Shown here piece by piece: positions 62,623 through 64,000 of a stretch of 64,000 nt of DNA. The stretch's first letter is position 1, and every line of letters starts with the position of its first letter. Source of the stretch: Octopus vulgaris (lineage: Eukaryota); NCBI GenBank assembly GCA_951406725.2, contig OX597815.1, positions 17,980,001-18,044,000 on the forward strand, in the 5' to 3' direction. A program made the translations under genes and the position numbers. The notes under the pieces are model-generated. The model was given only the letters and a program-made list of their open reading frames with translations, searched no databases and was not told where the DNA came from.

Positions 62623-62983
62623 GACAAAACCAATAGTTTATGAAATTAGGACTTTTTTTTCAAGAACTTTGGAATAATTCTCAAGTGATATTTCCTGCCT
62701 AAAATATATTCATGCAGTTTTAAACAGCAGGTCCTCAGAAAAAAGACCCTTGAAAAAAAAAAAAAAAAACTGTGTTCATTATGTAGTTCTTCAAGAATTC
62801 TTTAAAACATCTTCAAAAAAAAATTTTTCATAAAAAAAATACTCACTTTAAAATTTTAATATATTTACTTGAGAAAATTAAAATAAAAACATCTTTATGG
62901 TTGAAGGAATTTTGGATATGGAATATTATGCACATAAGAGCATCGAGAAGGTGGTATATAAAATTGGGACATGGATGGGGATA

Positions 62984-63288
62984 ATTTGTTGTTTGTTCCT
63001 TCTCGAGCCATGCCTGGCTCATAAGGGCCGGTTTCCCGGTTTCCTTGGCGTATAGGTTCCCCACCTGGACAGGATGCCGGTCCATCACAGGTGAGCTGCA
63101 AGATGCAGGAAGAAAGACTGAGAGAAAGTTGTGGCGAAAGAGCCAGAAGTTCGCCATTACCTTCTGCCGGAGCCACGTGGAGCTTAGGTGTTTTGCTCAT
63201 AAACAGACACATTGCCCAGTCTGAGATTTGAACCCACGATCCCTCGACCACGAGTCTGCTACTCTAACCACTAGGCCATGTGCCTCCA
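62984..63288 (-). mobile_element. SINE family C
   Basis: Colinear with 14610-14915. Confidence 0.88.
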
Positions 63289-63638
63289 TGTAGGGATAAT
63301 TTGGTTGTATAATAATGAGTATAATACTTATATAAATTGAAACAGAATGTTCAGGGTTTATGCTAGGTGGAGCATACCCAGTCCAAGGACAGAGTAAGCT
63401 TCACATTTTTGCTCTGTTATATTTACAGACTAGGGGTCATGGAATTTTCTTGACCAGCACAAATTAAACATGTTCAAAAATTAGTTGAGAATGTTATTAA
63501 CTTATTTATGCCACTACCTTTCCAGTTATTCACTCATTAACACAATTTAGAAACAACTGTGGCAATTTTATTTCCAACTCAATAAAATTTACGTTAGTTT
63601 ACCTATTTGTTTATATGTGTACTTATTTATGTGTGTGT

Positions 63639-63870
63639 ATCATCATCATCATTGTTTAAAGTCCGTTTTCCATGCTAGCACAGGTTGGACGGTTCGACCG
63701 GGGTCTGAGAAGCCAGGAGGCTGCACCAGGTTCCAGTCTGATCTGGCAGTGTTTCTACAGCTGGATGCCCTTCCTAATGCTAACTACTCCGTGAGTGTAG
63801 TGGGCGCTTTTTACGTGCCACCTGCACTGGTGCCAGGGGAGGCTGGCAGCATCCACGATCAGTTGGTGCT
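63639..63870 (-). mobile_element. RTE family R 3'-UTR
   Basis: (CAT)n followed by the family R terminus. Confidence 0.8.
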
Positions 63871-64000
63871 GGTGGCACGTAAAATTATAATTATATAATT
63901 ATGTAATTAAGTTAATTCCCTTCTTTACCTTTTGAAAAGGCTTTTCTGAAAATTGTTTACATACTTATTGATGAAATGAGTCTGTCTTTCTTGAGAGGAA

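Noticed and set aside
62208-62677. Poly-N/I/L ORFs
   Set aside because: (AAT)n microsatellite.

Overview
AT-rich, microsatellite-rich eukaryotic non-coding DNA, almost entirely a patchwork of transposable elements. The SINE and LINE families resemble those I recall from Octopus (coleoid cephalopod) genomes; this is inference. No intact protein-coding gene is supportable, and the long ORFs in the track are translations of microsatellites or TE fragments. Content: three tRNA-headed SINE families; many 5'-truncated RTE and CR1-group LINE ends; an internally deleted hAT transposon with an 8-bp TSD; piggyBac-type TTAA MITEs; Helitrons, both non-autonomous and RepHel fragments; a Tc1/mariner relic; and Penelope-like inverted-repeat relics. 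Most notable: (i) type I hammerhead ribozyme motifs, one with an intact core at 52922-52964 and one inside a ~300-bp insertion with a 13-bp TSD at 25860-26185 (retrozyme candidate); (ii) an island at 35.2-49 kb holding all 12 Merlin-like MITEs, nested, palindromic and carrying telomere-like TTAGGG repeats, from which the commonest RTE 3'-UTR element is absent; (iii) SINE concatemers with the same junction at two loci; (iv) patchwork local duplications. All calls are by eye and coordinates of degenerate elements are approximate.
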